DNA from: Nitrospirae bacterium MYbin3
GTDB lineage: Bacteria; Nitrospirota; Thermodesulfovibrionia; Thermodesulfovibrionales; Dissulfurispiraceae
Length of the DNA stretch: 64,000 bases
Direction of reading: 5' to 3'
Assembly: GCA_002753335.1 (NCBI GenBank)
Contig: PEAD01000005.1
Coordinates: 1-64,000 of the forward strand
Shown here: piece after piece, positions 43,212 to 51,856 of the stretch
How positions within the stretch are numbered: position 1 is the stretch's first letter
How the letters are laid out: each line of letters starts with the position of its first letter
The notes under the pieces: model-generated
The model's input: the letters and a program-made list of their open reading frames with translations, nothing else
Database searches by the model: none
Told to the model about the DNA's origin: nothing
Program-made: the position numbers and the translations under genes

Positions 43212-44402
43212 TTGAAAACAAATAATAGTCCTGTAAAAATATTTTTTCTTTTATCCGCAACTATTCTAATCTTGTTTTCTGATTGTGATACTGCTATGTC
43301 TGAAACTCCTCACTAAAAATACAGTCCGATAAAAATATCAGACAAAGTTAAGGGTACAGCAGGTTCCGTTGCTTGGTCCAGCGACAATAGGCTTATCGCT
43401 TTTTTGAGCGATGGCATTACTATCTATGATGCTGTCAGCACTGAATCAAAGAAAATTGATCTAGACACGCCATATTATGTTGCATGGGGCCCTAGTAATC
43501 GTTTTTGGGTCCTTTACAAAAAAGGACCGGATAAAAAACTATGCGCTGTCAGCACAAACAAACTGCAATGCGAAGAGATTTTTATAAGCAAAGTACCTGA
43601 GGCTATTTTTCCTGTTCCAGACAGCACCAAACTGATAGTTGTTTCAGGACAAATCACAACAGCATCATTGTGGTCCGATGTTTATTACGAATTATCTGTT
43701 CATGATTACGTAACAGGTTTGCCCCGAACCGTACATAAATCTAACCGAACACTTCCCACAAAAAATCCTGATATCGATTTCATGAGCGGATGGATAAACC
43801 AGGGTCCGAGTCCTTTTGACACCACTTTTCTCACCATGGAATACGTTAAACCACCTGTTTTCCCATCCCAACTTAAGATTGGAATTGTTGATTATTTGAC
43901 CGGAAAGATAAGCAATATTGGACAAATTCCTCATAACAAATTTTCTGTTCAGGCCAGTTGGTCGCCTGACGGACGCAGATTTGCATTGCCAGGCACAAAA
44001 GGCAACCTGATGATAATGAATATTGACGGAGAAGTTTTTACCCCCGACAAAGAAATTATTGGATGGCATCCATCCTGGAACCCAAAAGGCAGCCAGATTT
44101 TTATCGGAGGATATTTGCTCAATTCTGACGGCAGCAAAAGAGAGGAATTAGTTGCAAAAGGAATGAATAGCAGAGCATTCTGGTCTCCAGATGGACTTAA
44201 AATGGTGCTGCACACAAACAACAGTCTGTGGCTGCTCAACAAATTCAGCCCTTCACTTATAAGTCCTGACAGGCTGCCAGACAAAAACCTCTTAAAAAAA
44301 ATAGTCTTGCTTAAAGATCTATTTATCGAAAAACTTATTTCTGAAGACGAATACAATTTGCGATATAAGAAACTGTTAGAAAAGGATGCGCCGTCCAGAT
44401 GA
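43212..44402 (+). pseudogene. TolB/WD40-like beta-propeller protein with C-terminal SHOCT-like motif; in-frame stop near the N-terminus
   Basis: Repeated WSPDG/WNPKG blades; the frame extends upstream of the called ORF (43404) to TTG 43212 with a hydrophobic leader, interrupted by TAA at 43314-43316. Confidence 0.65.
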
Positions 44403-45712
44403 AAAATATTTTTATTGCTGCTATTGCTTCGCTTATTATTTATTTTGTAGCGCAAACTTCATCGGCTAAAGATCCTTGCTTTGACTGCCACAAAGAAAAA
44501 ACTCCCGGCATAGTGCAGGCTTGGCAAACAAGCGCCCATTCAAAAAAGCAGGTGGAATGCTCAGGATGCCACGGAGATGATGTCGAAGCAAATCACAAAG
44601 GCAAAATAATAGTTGACTCTGCCAAATGCGGGGCGTGCCACCAAAAAGCTTTAACAGAACACAAACTAAGCAAGCATGCTATAAGCCTTAAAGCAGGCCG
44701 TGGCTGTACAAGAAATATGCCTTCAAGTGAAGAGCAGGAAAAGAGCTGCGCTTTCTGTCATGAACACGGCTCCACAAAACCCAAACTAGACACAGAATGC
44801 GCGATGTTCTTATCCCAAAAACCGGAAATGCAGCGCCAAGGCTGCGACTCCTGCCACAAGATTGAAAACAGATGCGACACTTGCCATACCAAGCATGGAA
44901 CAAGCATTGTCTATGCAAAATCGCCTGCTGTCTGCGGCAGCTGCCATATGGGGCCAGACCATGCACAGTACGAAATGTGGGAAACCTCGCCTCACGGCGC
45001 TATTTTCAAAAGCGAAGGAGAAAAAGCAGGCCCAACATGCACAACCTGCCACATGAGCAAAGGCCTGCATAATGTCAGCAAAGGCATAGCAACAGGCATT
45101 CCGGACAGTGCTGCAGAAACAAGGAAAAAAGAAAGAATCTTCATGATAGAGATATGTGCATCATGCCATACACAAGGTTTGTCAACGCGAAGTCTTAGCG
45201 ATGCCGACAACATCGAAGCACAAAGTAGAGCTCTTGTAGAGGAGGCTAAAACAGTTGTTGAAGGACTTTACACTGACGGTCTGCTGATGCCTATGCCTGA
45301 CGAAAGACCACTCCATCCCTTATTTGGCGCCGCACTGATTACAGGCCCTCATATGATTTATGAAAATTTATCCACGGTTGAAAGCCTTTACTTTAAGATG
45401 AAGCAGTTTTACTATATGAACGCCTTCAAAGGCGCGTTCCACCAAAATCCAGATTATACGCACTGGTATGGGAATGCACCGCTGAAGCTCACACTTTCGG
45501 AGATAAAAAGCGAAGCCATGCTTTTGAGAAAAACAAACTTAATCGAGAAGCGGCTCGAAAATTTAATTTCTCAACCTGATAATGTAAATGATGAAGTTGC
45601 TGTGCTAAAGAAAAACTTGAGAGAACTTAAAGACAAAAGGCTAAATGGCAAAATCACAGAAAAAGAATATATAGAAATAAAAAACAGACTACTGAAATCA
45701 AGCGGGCTATGA
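44399..45712 (+). CDS. HAO-family multiheme cytochrome c with nine CxxCH motifs
   Basis: Signal peptide; CFDCH, CSGCH, CGACH, CAFCH, CDSCH, CDTCH, CGSCH, CTTCH, CASCH; CHMGPDHAQYE..S.HG and GAFHQNPDYTHWYG family signatures. Confidence 0.85.
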   Translation: MKNIFIAAIASLIIYFVAQTSSAKDPCFDCHKEKTPGIVQAWQTSAHSKKQVECSGCHGDDVEANHKGKIIVDSAKCGACHQKALTEHKLSKHAISLKAGRGCTRNMPSSEEQEKSCAFCHEHGSTKPKLDTECAMFLSQKPEMQRQGCDSCHKIENRCDTCHTKHGTSIVYAKSPAVCGSCHMGPDHAQYEMWETSPHGAIFKSEGEKAGPTCTTCHMSKGLHNVSKGIATGIPDSAAETRKKERIFMIEICASCHTQGLSTRSLSDADNIEAQSRALVEEAKTVVEGLYTDGLLMPMPDERPLHPLFGAALITGPHMIYENLSTVESLYFKMKQFYYMNAFKGAFHQNPDYTHWYGNAPLKLTLSEIKSEAMLLRKTNLIEKRLENLISQPDNVNDEVAVLKKNLRELKDKRLNGKITEKEYIEIKNRLLKSSGL

Positions 45713-45733
45713 ATCAGCTATTTAAACTACTTG

Positions 45734-48160
45734 CTACTTCCGTATCCTTAGTGAGTTAAAAACCACAAACAGAGAACTTGCAGCCATTGCACCGGCAGCG
45801 ACTATAGGGTGCAGAACACCGGCCACTGCAAGAGGTATCGCGACTATATTGTAAAAGAACGCCCAGAACAGATTTTGTTTGATTATCGAATAAGCACTAC
45901 GCGAAAGATTTATAAAATAAGGAATCAAATTTAGGTCGTTTCTCACAAGCACTGCATCGGCGCTTTCCATTGCAATGTCCGTCCCTCTGCCCATAGACAC
46001 ACCTACCGAGGCGGCTGTGAGTGCCGGAGCATCATTGATGCCATCGCCTATCATTGCGGTCTTTTTTCCGTTAAGATGAATAGCCTCCAGAAAGTCCTGC
46101 TTGCCAACAGGATATACTTCTGGCAAAGCATTTTTAATCCCTACGATTTCGGCTATCGCTGATGTTGTTTTGGCATTGTCGCCGCTGACCATTGATATTT
46201 CAAGCCCCATGCGTTTTAACTCATCTATTGCTGAAGTCGCTTCAGGCCTGACCATATCGGATACAACAAATGCCGACCTTAACTTTTGTTCCCATGACAT
46301 AAAAATTACTGTGTCTCCTTGTGCTTCAAAAAAACTAACACGCTCATTGCAAATCTCTAATTCATGTTCAGACACTCCGCTCTGTATCATAAGCCGTCTA
46401 TTGCCGATATAAATCTTCCTGCCCTCGATAACGCCCTCTACGCCTTCGCCCGGCAGAGCCTTAAAGGCAGATACTTCAAGTCTCTTTAAAGAATTGTCGG
46501 CATCGCAAACAGCCCTGCCTATACTGTGTTCTGATAGAGCTTCGAGCGAAGAAGCTAAAGATACGCAATCCTCTCTTTGCATCGCTCCATCAAAAACAAG
46601 TACGTCCTTAAGCTGTGGTTTGCCCTGTGTGATAGTGCCTGTCTTGTCAAATACCACATGGTTAACCCACGCCAAATTTTCTATTACCTCGCCACCCTTG
46701 ATAAGTATCCCTTTCGCTGATGCTCGGAGCGTAAAGACCATTACAGCAAGCGGGGTTGCCAATCCTAGACTGCAAGGGCATGCGATGACAATCACAGATA
46801 TGCCGGTCATTATTGCAAAATGAGCAGGACGACCGGTAGAAAAATAATAAAATGCGGTAGCTAACGATATAATGATAATCACCGGCACAAAATACCCGAC
46901 AACTACATCGGCGAGGTTTTGTATTCTGGGCTTCTTGGCCTGAGCATCCTCAACCGCCCTGATTATTCCTGCAAGAACAGTTTCGTTTGAGGTCTTAGAA
47001 ACTTCTACTGTCAGACTACCTAAAAGATTCATTGTTCCGCCTATAACGACCGCTCCCATAGTCTTGCCCACGGGCTTCGACTCCCCAGTAAGCACCGCCT
47101 CGTCAACCTCTGATTCCCCTGTCTTTACCACTCCGTCTAGAGGGATCCGCTCGCCGGGCTTTATCAAGATAAGATCACCCTTCTTTATCGAAGCTACAGC
47201 CGTTAAAACAGCATCACCTGAACCGTCTTTTATGAGCCGCGCCTCTTTAGGTGTGAGTTCCGAAAGCCTCTCGATAGTTTGGGATGCCTTGCCCTTGGCA
47301 AGCGCCTCGATGTATCTGCCTAAGAGTATCAGAGTTATTATCATTACTGCGGTATCAAAATAAACCTCTCTTCCCGCAAACATCTGATATACGCTATAAA
47401 AAAAAGCTGAGCCTGCTCCGGTCGCTATCAAAAAATCCATGTTAAAGCTAAAATTCTTTAATCCCCTCAAAGCCCCGGCAAAGAAAGGAGCTCCAGAATA
47501 GAAAACAGCAGGAATTGTCAGCAGCATCGCAATAACCTCAAGCAGTTTCTGTATATTCCTATCTATGCCCTGAAAATATCCGGCATAAAGCGCTGCGCTG
47601 AATATCATTAACTGGGATGCAAGAAAAGCTGCGGTGCCGAATCTAATTAGCAAATCTTGCGTTTCGGCTTTCCTTGCGATAAACTGTTCGGATTCAGAAT
47701 AAGGCTTCGGCTTATACCCAATGTACAATATCCTCTTCAATATTTCTTCGAGCGTAGTTTTTAGCGGGTCCCAGTGAATCCTTGCTTTGTGAGTAGCGTA
47801 GTTCAGTCGGGCGTATTCAACTCCTTCGGTTCTGCCGAGAATCTTTTCGTTAAGCCAGACGCATGAGGCGCACCTTATCCCGTCGATGAATACGTCTATC
47901 TCCTTCAGCCCATCTTTTTCAACATCCCTTACCATATCTTCAAACGGCTTGATATCTATTTCGTTGTTGAGCAGAGGAAAAACCTGTCCGGTATCTTCCC
48001 ATTTTCTTTCATTGTAAAACCTGTCGAGGCCTTCTTCGTTTATAAAACGGTAAATCCCGGCGCAGCCGTTGCAGCAGAATATTCTTGAAGAGCCTTTAAT
48101 CTCGGCCCTAACAGTATCCTTCTCAGGGAATTCAAGCAGACAGTGGTCACACTTTGGCAT
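45734..48160 (-). CDS. CcoI/FixI-like P1B Cu-translocating ATPase
   Basis: CDHC...FCCNGC N-terminus, CASC metal-binding domain, TGES, CPC, DKTGT, GDGIND, YN, MAASS; start moved to MPKCDHC. Confidence 0.9.
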   Translation of the reverse strand: MPKCDHCLLEFPEKDTVRAEIKGSSRIFCCNGCAGIYRFINEEGLDRFYNERKWEDTGQVFPLLNNEIDIKPFEDMVRDVEKDGLKEIDVFIDGIRCASCVWLNEKILGRTEGVEYARLNYATHKARIHWDPLKTTLEEILKRILYIGYKPKPYSESEQFIARKAETQDLLIRFGTAAFLASQLMIFSAALYAGYFQGIDRNIQKLLEVIAMLLTIPAVFYSGAPFFAGALRGLKNFSFNMDFLIATGAGSAFFYSVYQMFAGREVYFDTAVMIITLILLGRYIEALAKGKASQTIERLSELTPKEARLIKDGSGDAVLTAVASIKKGDLILIKPGERIPLDGVVKTGESEVDEAVLTGESKPVGKTMGAVVIGGTMNLLGSLTVEVSKTSNETVLAGIIRAVEDAQAKKPRIQNLADVVVGYFVPVIIIISLATAFYYFSTGRPAHFAIMTGISVIVIACPCSLGLATPLAVMVFTLRASAKGILIKGGEVIENLAWVNHVVFDKTGTITQGKPQLKDVLVFDGAMQREDCVSLASSLEALSEHSIGRAVCDADNSLKRLEVSAFKALPGEGVEGVIEGRKIYIGNRRLMIQSGVSEHELEICNERVSFFEAQGDTVIFMSWEQKLRSAFVVSDMVRPEATSAIDELKRMGLEISMVSGDNAKTTSAIAEIVGIKNALPEVYPVGKQDFLEAIHLNGKKTAMIGDGINDAPALTAASVGVSMGRGTDIAMESADAVLVRNDLNLIPYFINLSRSAYSIIKQNLFWAFFYNIVAIPLAVAGVLHPIVAAGAMAASSLFVVFNSLRIRK

Positions 48161-48827
48161 AAGCGGATATCCCCCTGACCAGCCAATAAACACCCATACC
48201 CATCACAACTGCACCGCTTAGCCTGTACAGCCAGCCCCTGATTTCCGAGCCGATGAACGAGATTAACGAGCCAAAGGCAAACAAAGATGGTAGGGTTCCT
48301 AAACCAAAGAAAAAAGCGGTCATTATTCCGGTAAAAATACTGCCGCTCGCAGCAGCGGCGATGAAGATGGAATAAGAGATCCCGCATGGAATAAAGCCCA
48401 TAACCAATCCAAGGGTAAAGTAACGCCATATCGAAAAACCTTCAAGCACAGCTTTGGCCATTCCAAGAACAACGGTGTTTTTCTTTTCGAGCGGCTTAAT
48501 AAAATTGAACAAACCTGCGATGTCCATCCCCATGAGTACCATTAAGATACCAGCCCCCACAGCCACCACATTTTGAAGATTAGCTATCCTAGAGCCGACA
48601 CTTAGAAACTGTCCTGCGGCCCCCATGACCGAGCCGATAAAAACATAAGTCATGATCCGCCCGGCATTGTATAGCAGGTGCGAAAGCATTCTATGAGCCT
48701 TCATTCCGGGCATATCGAGATGCAAAGAGTAAGACGCCACTACCGGACCGCACATGCCTATGCAGTGTCCAAACCCGCCTAAAAATCCGGCAGTCAAGGC
48801 CAACACAAAATTCATTTCGTGCATCAA
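48147..48827 (-). CDS. DsbD_2/TauE-like membrane protein (oxidase assembly or metal handling)
   Basis: GHCIGMCGP, YNAGRIMTY, GFIPCG, FGLGTLP. Confidence 0.85.
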   Translation of the reverse strand: MMHEMNFVLALTAGFLGGFGHCIGMCGPVVASYSLHLDMPGMKAHRMLSHLLYNAGRIMTYVFIGSVMGAAGQFLSVGSRIANLQNVVAVGAGILMVLMGMDIAGLFNFIKPLEKKNTVVLGMAKAVLEGFSIWRYFTLGLVMGFIPCGISYSIFIAAAASGSIFTGIMTAFFFGLGTLPSLFAFGSLISFIGSEIRGWLYRLSGAVVMGMGVYWLVRGISAYAKV

Positions 48828-49249
48828 CGCACCTCAAAAACAAATTCGGCCTGAGAAATACTGTCCGGCCTTTCGATATAAACTCCGGCTGTCCATATCC
48901 TGCCGCCTGAAGGGCACTGCGGGATAATCCATTCAGCTTCATACCTGCCCTTGCCTGCATTGTTCATTTTTAGCCTGTTAATTCCCATATACATTCCGGG
49001 CATAGAAAAATCGAGGGTTACATCAGCATTATCCAAAGCACCGCTGCCCCTCTCCAATTCTACGGTAAATCTATTTTTGTTCATGATGCGTGGGGGGTTG
49101 GGTTCAGCATCAAATGAAACAGTTATATTGTCATGCGAAGTTTTTATGCATCGAGAGTTGTCCATGAAACAGTCGGTCTTGATTGAAGTCTCTGTTTTCC
49201 CACAGGCTGCTGACAAGCATAGGAGCATTAATAAGAATATCCTGAACAA
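48824..49249 (-). CDS. FixH/YtkA-like lipoprotein
   Basis: Lipobox LSAAC; SMPGMYMG, GRYEA, IPQCPSG. Confidence 0.7.
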   Translation of the reverse strand: MFRIFLLMLLCLSAACGKTETSIKTDCFMDNSRCIKTSHDNITVSFDAEPNPPRIMNKNRFTVELERGSGALDNADVTLDFSMPGMYMGINRLKMNNAGKGRYEAEWIIPQCPSGGRIWTAGVYIERPDSISQAEFVFEVR

Positions 49250-49259
49250 AACTTAGATT

Positions 49260-50957
49260 CTAAAGCCTTCCAGAGCGTATTATCGAAATCAAAAGCCAGA
49301 GGCCAAGGAAGAAGGCTGACAAGAAAGCCGAAAGCGCAAACAGAGAAATGCCGAATATAGAAGGGCCAGACCCGCCTGATTGCATTATCGCCGAACTCAT
49401 GATTATAGCGCTGACTATAAGAGCAAACGATATTCTGTTGCTCGCCTTGTCCATGTCTTTTATAAATTCCGGCAGGTTGGTATGGTGCATCTTTATCTGC
49501 AGGTCGTCCTTTAGAGCCTTCTTAAGCAGCAGCCTCATCTGTTTCGGAAGCATCAAGGTCGCTTCTCCAACATCAAAAATGTTCTGTTTGGTTTTTTCGT
49601 AGAATCTTGTTGGGCTTATCCTGTCAGATATCAGCTTCTTTGAATACGGTTCGGCTACAGCAAAGAAATTCAGTTCAGGATCGAGCTGCCGCGCAAGATT
49701 ATCAAGAACAAGCATCGATTTATTTATAAGCAGCAGGTCTGACGGAGTTTTGAGATTATGCTTTATCGCCAGATGAGTAATGATGTCGAGATACTTCGCG
49801 AAATTCACATCCTGAATCGTCATACAATAAAGCGGTTCGAGGTATTCTGCAAGGTCAGCTTTAAATTCTCTCCTGAAAGTATCAAAATCCACATCCTCAT
49901 GTATTATCCCCAACTCAACATACTGCTCTATCAGCCGATCCAAATCCCTGTCGAGCAAAGCCAGAAACAGATTTGCTATGGTCTCTTTCAGCTGTTCCGA
50001 GACCCTTCCGACTATCCCAAAATCCAAAAAGGCTATCCTGCCGTCAGGCGTTGCAAGTATATTGCCTGGATGAGGGTCTGCGTGGAAAAAACCATCGTCG
50101 AGTATCTGTTTCAGATATGAATTTACGCCGGCATTTGCAAGCTTCTTACGATCGAGACCCAATCCCAAAACAGCCTTAATATCGTCAATTCTAACCCCAT
50201 CAACCCATTCCATAACCAGCACCCTCTCGGTGCTGTACTGGTCATATATCTGAGGTATCAGGATGTCAGGATTAGAGCTAAAGTTTCTCCTGAACCTGCA
50301 GCAGTTTCTTTTCTCCTCGTTGAAATCGAGCTCTTTGCGAATGGTTTTAGAAAACTCATCCACTATGCCCTGAGGATTGAAAAACCTGCTCTCAGATACA
50401 TATTTATCCAGAAGCTTGGCTATGTAGTTGAGGATGTTTATATCAGATTCTATCTGCTCACGGATGTCAGGACGCTGGACTTTTACAACAACCTCTTCGC
50501 CAGAATGAAGCTTGGCCTTGTGAACCTGAGCTATCGAGGCCGCTGCGATAGGCTTTTCATCGAACACAGAAAAGATGCAGCTTATCTCAAGCTTCGTCTC
50601 TTCCTCTATGATCTTTTTCGCGCTGTCAGCAGGAAACGGCGGCACTTCATCCTGCAGTTTTTTGAACTCATCCGCATACTGAACTGTTATAAGATCCGGC
50701 CTAGATGAGAGTATCTGCGCCAGCTTTATAAACGACGGACCAAGCTCAGAAAAAGCCATCCTGAGCCTTTCGGGAACAGTCGGGCCTTTTACATCAGGCC
50801 ATATCCCAAAAGCCTTTATTCTCTTTTTGAACGGGATAAACCTGCCAAGATGAGACTGGTCGATAATCTTTCCGAAGCCATACTTAAGAAAGACATTGAT
50901 AACAAACTGAAGTCTCTTGGCAGACTTGTAGGTATTTGTAAACCTCGAAATATTCAT
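49260..50957 (-). CDS. AarF/ABC1/UbiB kinase family protein
   Basis: LGPSFIKLAQ, AAASIAQVH, VKVQRP, FFHADPHPGN, LDFG; C-terminal TMs. Confidence 0.93.
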   Translation of the reverse strand: MNISRFTNTYKSAKRLQFVINVFLKYGFGKIIDQSHLGRFIPFKKRIKAFGIWPDVKGPTVPERLRMAFSELGPSFIKLAQILSSRPDLITVQYADEFKKLQDEVPPFPADSAKKIIEEETKLEISCIFSVFDEKPIAAASIAQVHKAKLHSGEEVVVKVQRPDIREQIESDINILNYIAKLLDKYVSESRFFNPQGIVDEFSKTIRKELDFNEEKRNCCRFRRNFSSNPDILIPQIYDQYSTERVLVMEWVDGVRIDDIKAVLGLGLDRKKLANAGVNSYLKQILDDGFFHADPHPGNILATPDGRIAFLDFGIVGRVSEQLKETIANLFLALLDRDLDRLIEQYVELGIIHEDVDFDTFRREFKADLAEYLEPLYCMTIQDVNFAKYLDIITHLAIKHNLKTPSDLLLINKSMLVLDNLARQLDPELNFFAVAEPYSKKLISDRISPTRFYEKTKQNIFDVGEATLMLPKQMRLLLKKALKDDLQIKMHHTNLPEFIKDMDKASNRISFALIVSAIIMSSAIMQSGGSGPSIFGISLFALSAFLSAFFLGLWLLISIIRSGRL

Positions 50958-50965
50958 TTAGAAAA

Positions 50966-51283
50966 TCACTGACTGCAACCGCCTCCGCCTTCCAGTTTTT
51001 TAAGCCTTGCTGAAATCTCATCTATCTTCTGGTTCATTTTGTCAAAGTCATCCTTTGAGGGTATCTTCATCTTATCTAGCGTCGTAGAAATCGTGTCGGA
51101 TATTGTTTTGCAGAGTTCTGATGAGCCTTTGTCTGCCTTGTCTGCCCATTCCTTCATCAGCTTTGCTGCCTGTGACTCGCTCAACTCGCCTTTTTTTACA
51201 AGCTCATCCACAAACTCCCGAACCTTTTCCTGCATCCCGAATCCTGCCAAGACCGCGTTTCTCGCAACATCAAAGATAGTCAT
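50966..51283 (-). CDS. Phasin-like (PhaF/PhaI-related) small protein
   Basis: LAGFG...VDELVKKGELSE...IPSKDD...LKKLE; typical UbiB neighbour. Confidence 0.75.
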   Translation of the reverse strand: MTIFDVARNAVLAGFGMQEKVREFVDELVKKGELSESQAAKLMKEWADKADKGSSELCKTISDTISTTLDKMKIPSKDDFDKMNQKIDEISARLKKLEGGGGCSQ

Positions 51284-51345
51284 CAGACACCTCCATTTTT
51301 AAAGCTTAATTTTAATTTTCTGCCCTCATAAAAATTGCAACCTGA

Positions 51346-51651
51346 TTATGCAACAGCCTGTTTAATAGATTTCCTGCCTATATGTTTCTTTATCGTCTTA
51401 GATTTTAGTGGATATTTGCTGGGATTTTCTAAGTTGTCAATTTCTAAGTCAACATCCAAATCAGGCCAGTACAAATGATACCCATGAAGCAGTTGAACAT
51501 GTTGAATTGAATTTAATGTCTGATCTTTAAAGTACGGATAGTCTGCATAGCTCAGAAAAAATTCATTTCCTTTTACCAAAATCCAGATGCCGAAAGAAGT
51601 TATATTTTCAATTCTTACTGAAATGTCTTTGCCATGCTTTGATGATTTCAT
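51346..51651 (-). CDS. DUF2442-family protein (putative antitoxin)
   Basis: FLSYADYPYF, LYWPDLDVDLEI, NPSKYPL. Confidence 0.75.
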   Translation of the reverse strand: MKSSKHGKDISVRIENITSFGIWILVKGNEFFLSYADYPYFKDQTLNSIQHVQLLHGYHLYWPDLDVDLEIDNLENPSKYPLKSKTIKKHIGRKSIKQAVA

Positions 51652-51850
51652 TTTTATGCTCCTCTACAATTTTCTGTATTTCGCTCAATCTTTTTGAATT
51701 CAACCCATGATAAACTGATAATGAAACAATTGGTTCCAACCAAAATTTCGCTTCTCCATCCTCACAGGTAACATGAATATGAATCCTATCTTCTTCATTT
51801 GAAAGAAAATAAAATCTATACCCTTTTTCTCTGAAAATTGATGGGCTCAT
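51608..51850 (-). CDS. DUF4160-family protein (putative toxin)
   Basis: MSPSIFREKGYRFYFLSNEE..HIHV...GEAKFWLEP...AWQRHF. Confidence 0.8.
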   Translation of the reverse strand: MSPSIFREKGYRFYFLSNEEDRIHIHVTCEDGEAKFWLEPIVSLSVYHGLNSKRLSEIQKIVEEHKNEIIKAWQRHFSKN

Positions 51851-51856
51851 TACATT

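Noticed and set aside
43314..43316. Selenocysteine or pyrrolysine recoding at the internal stop
   Set aside because: The codon is TAA, not TGA or TAG
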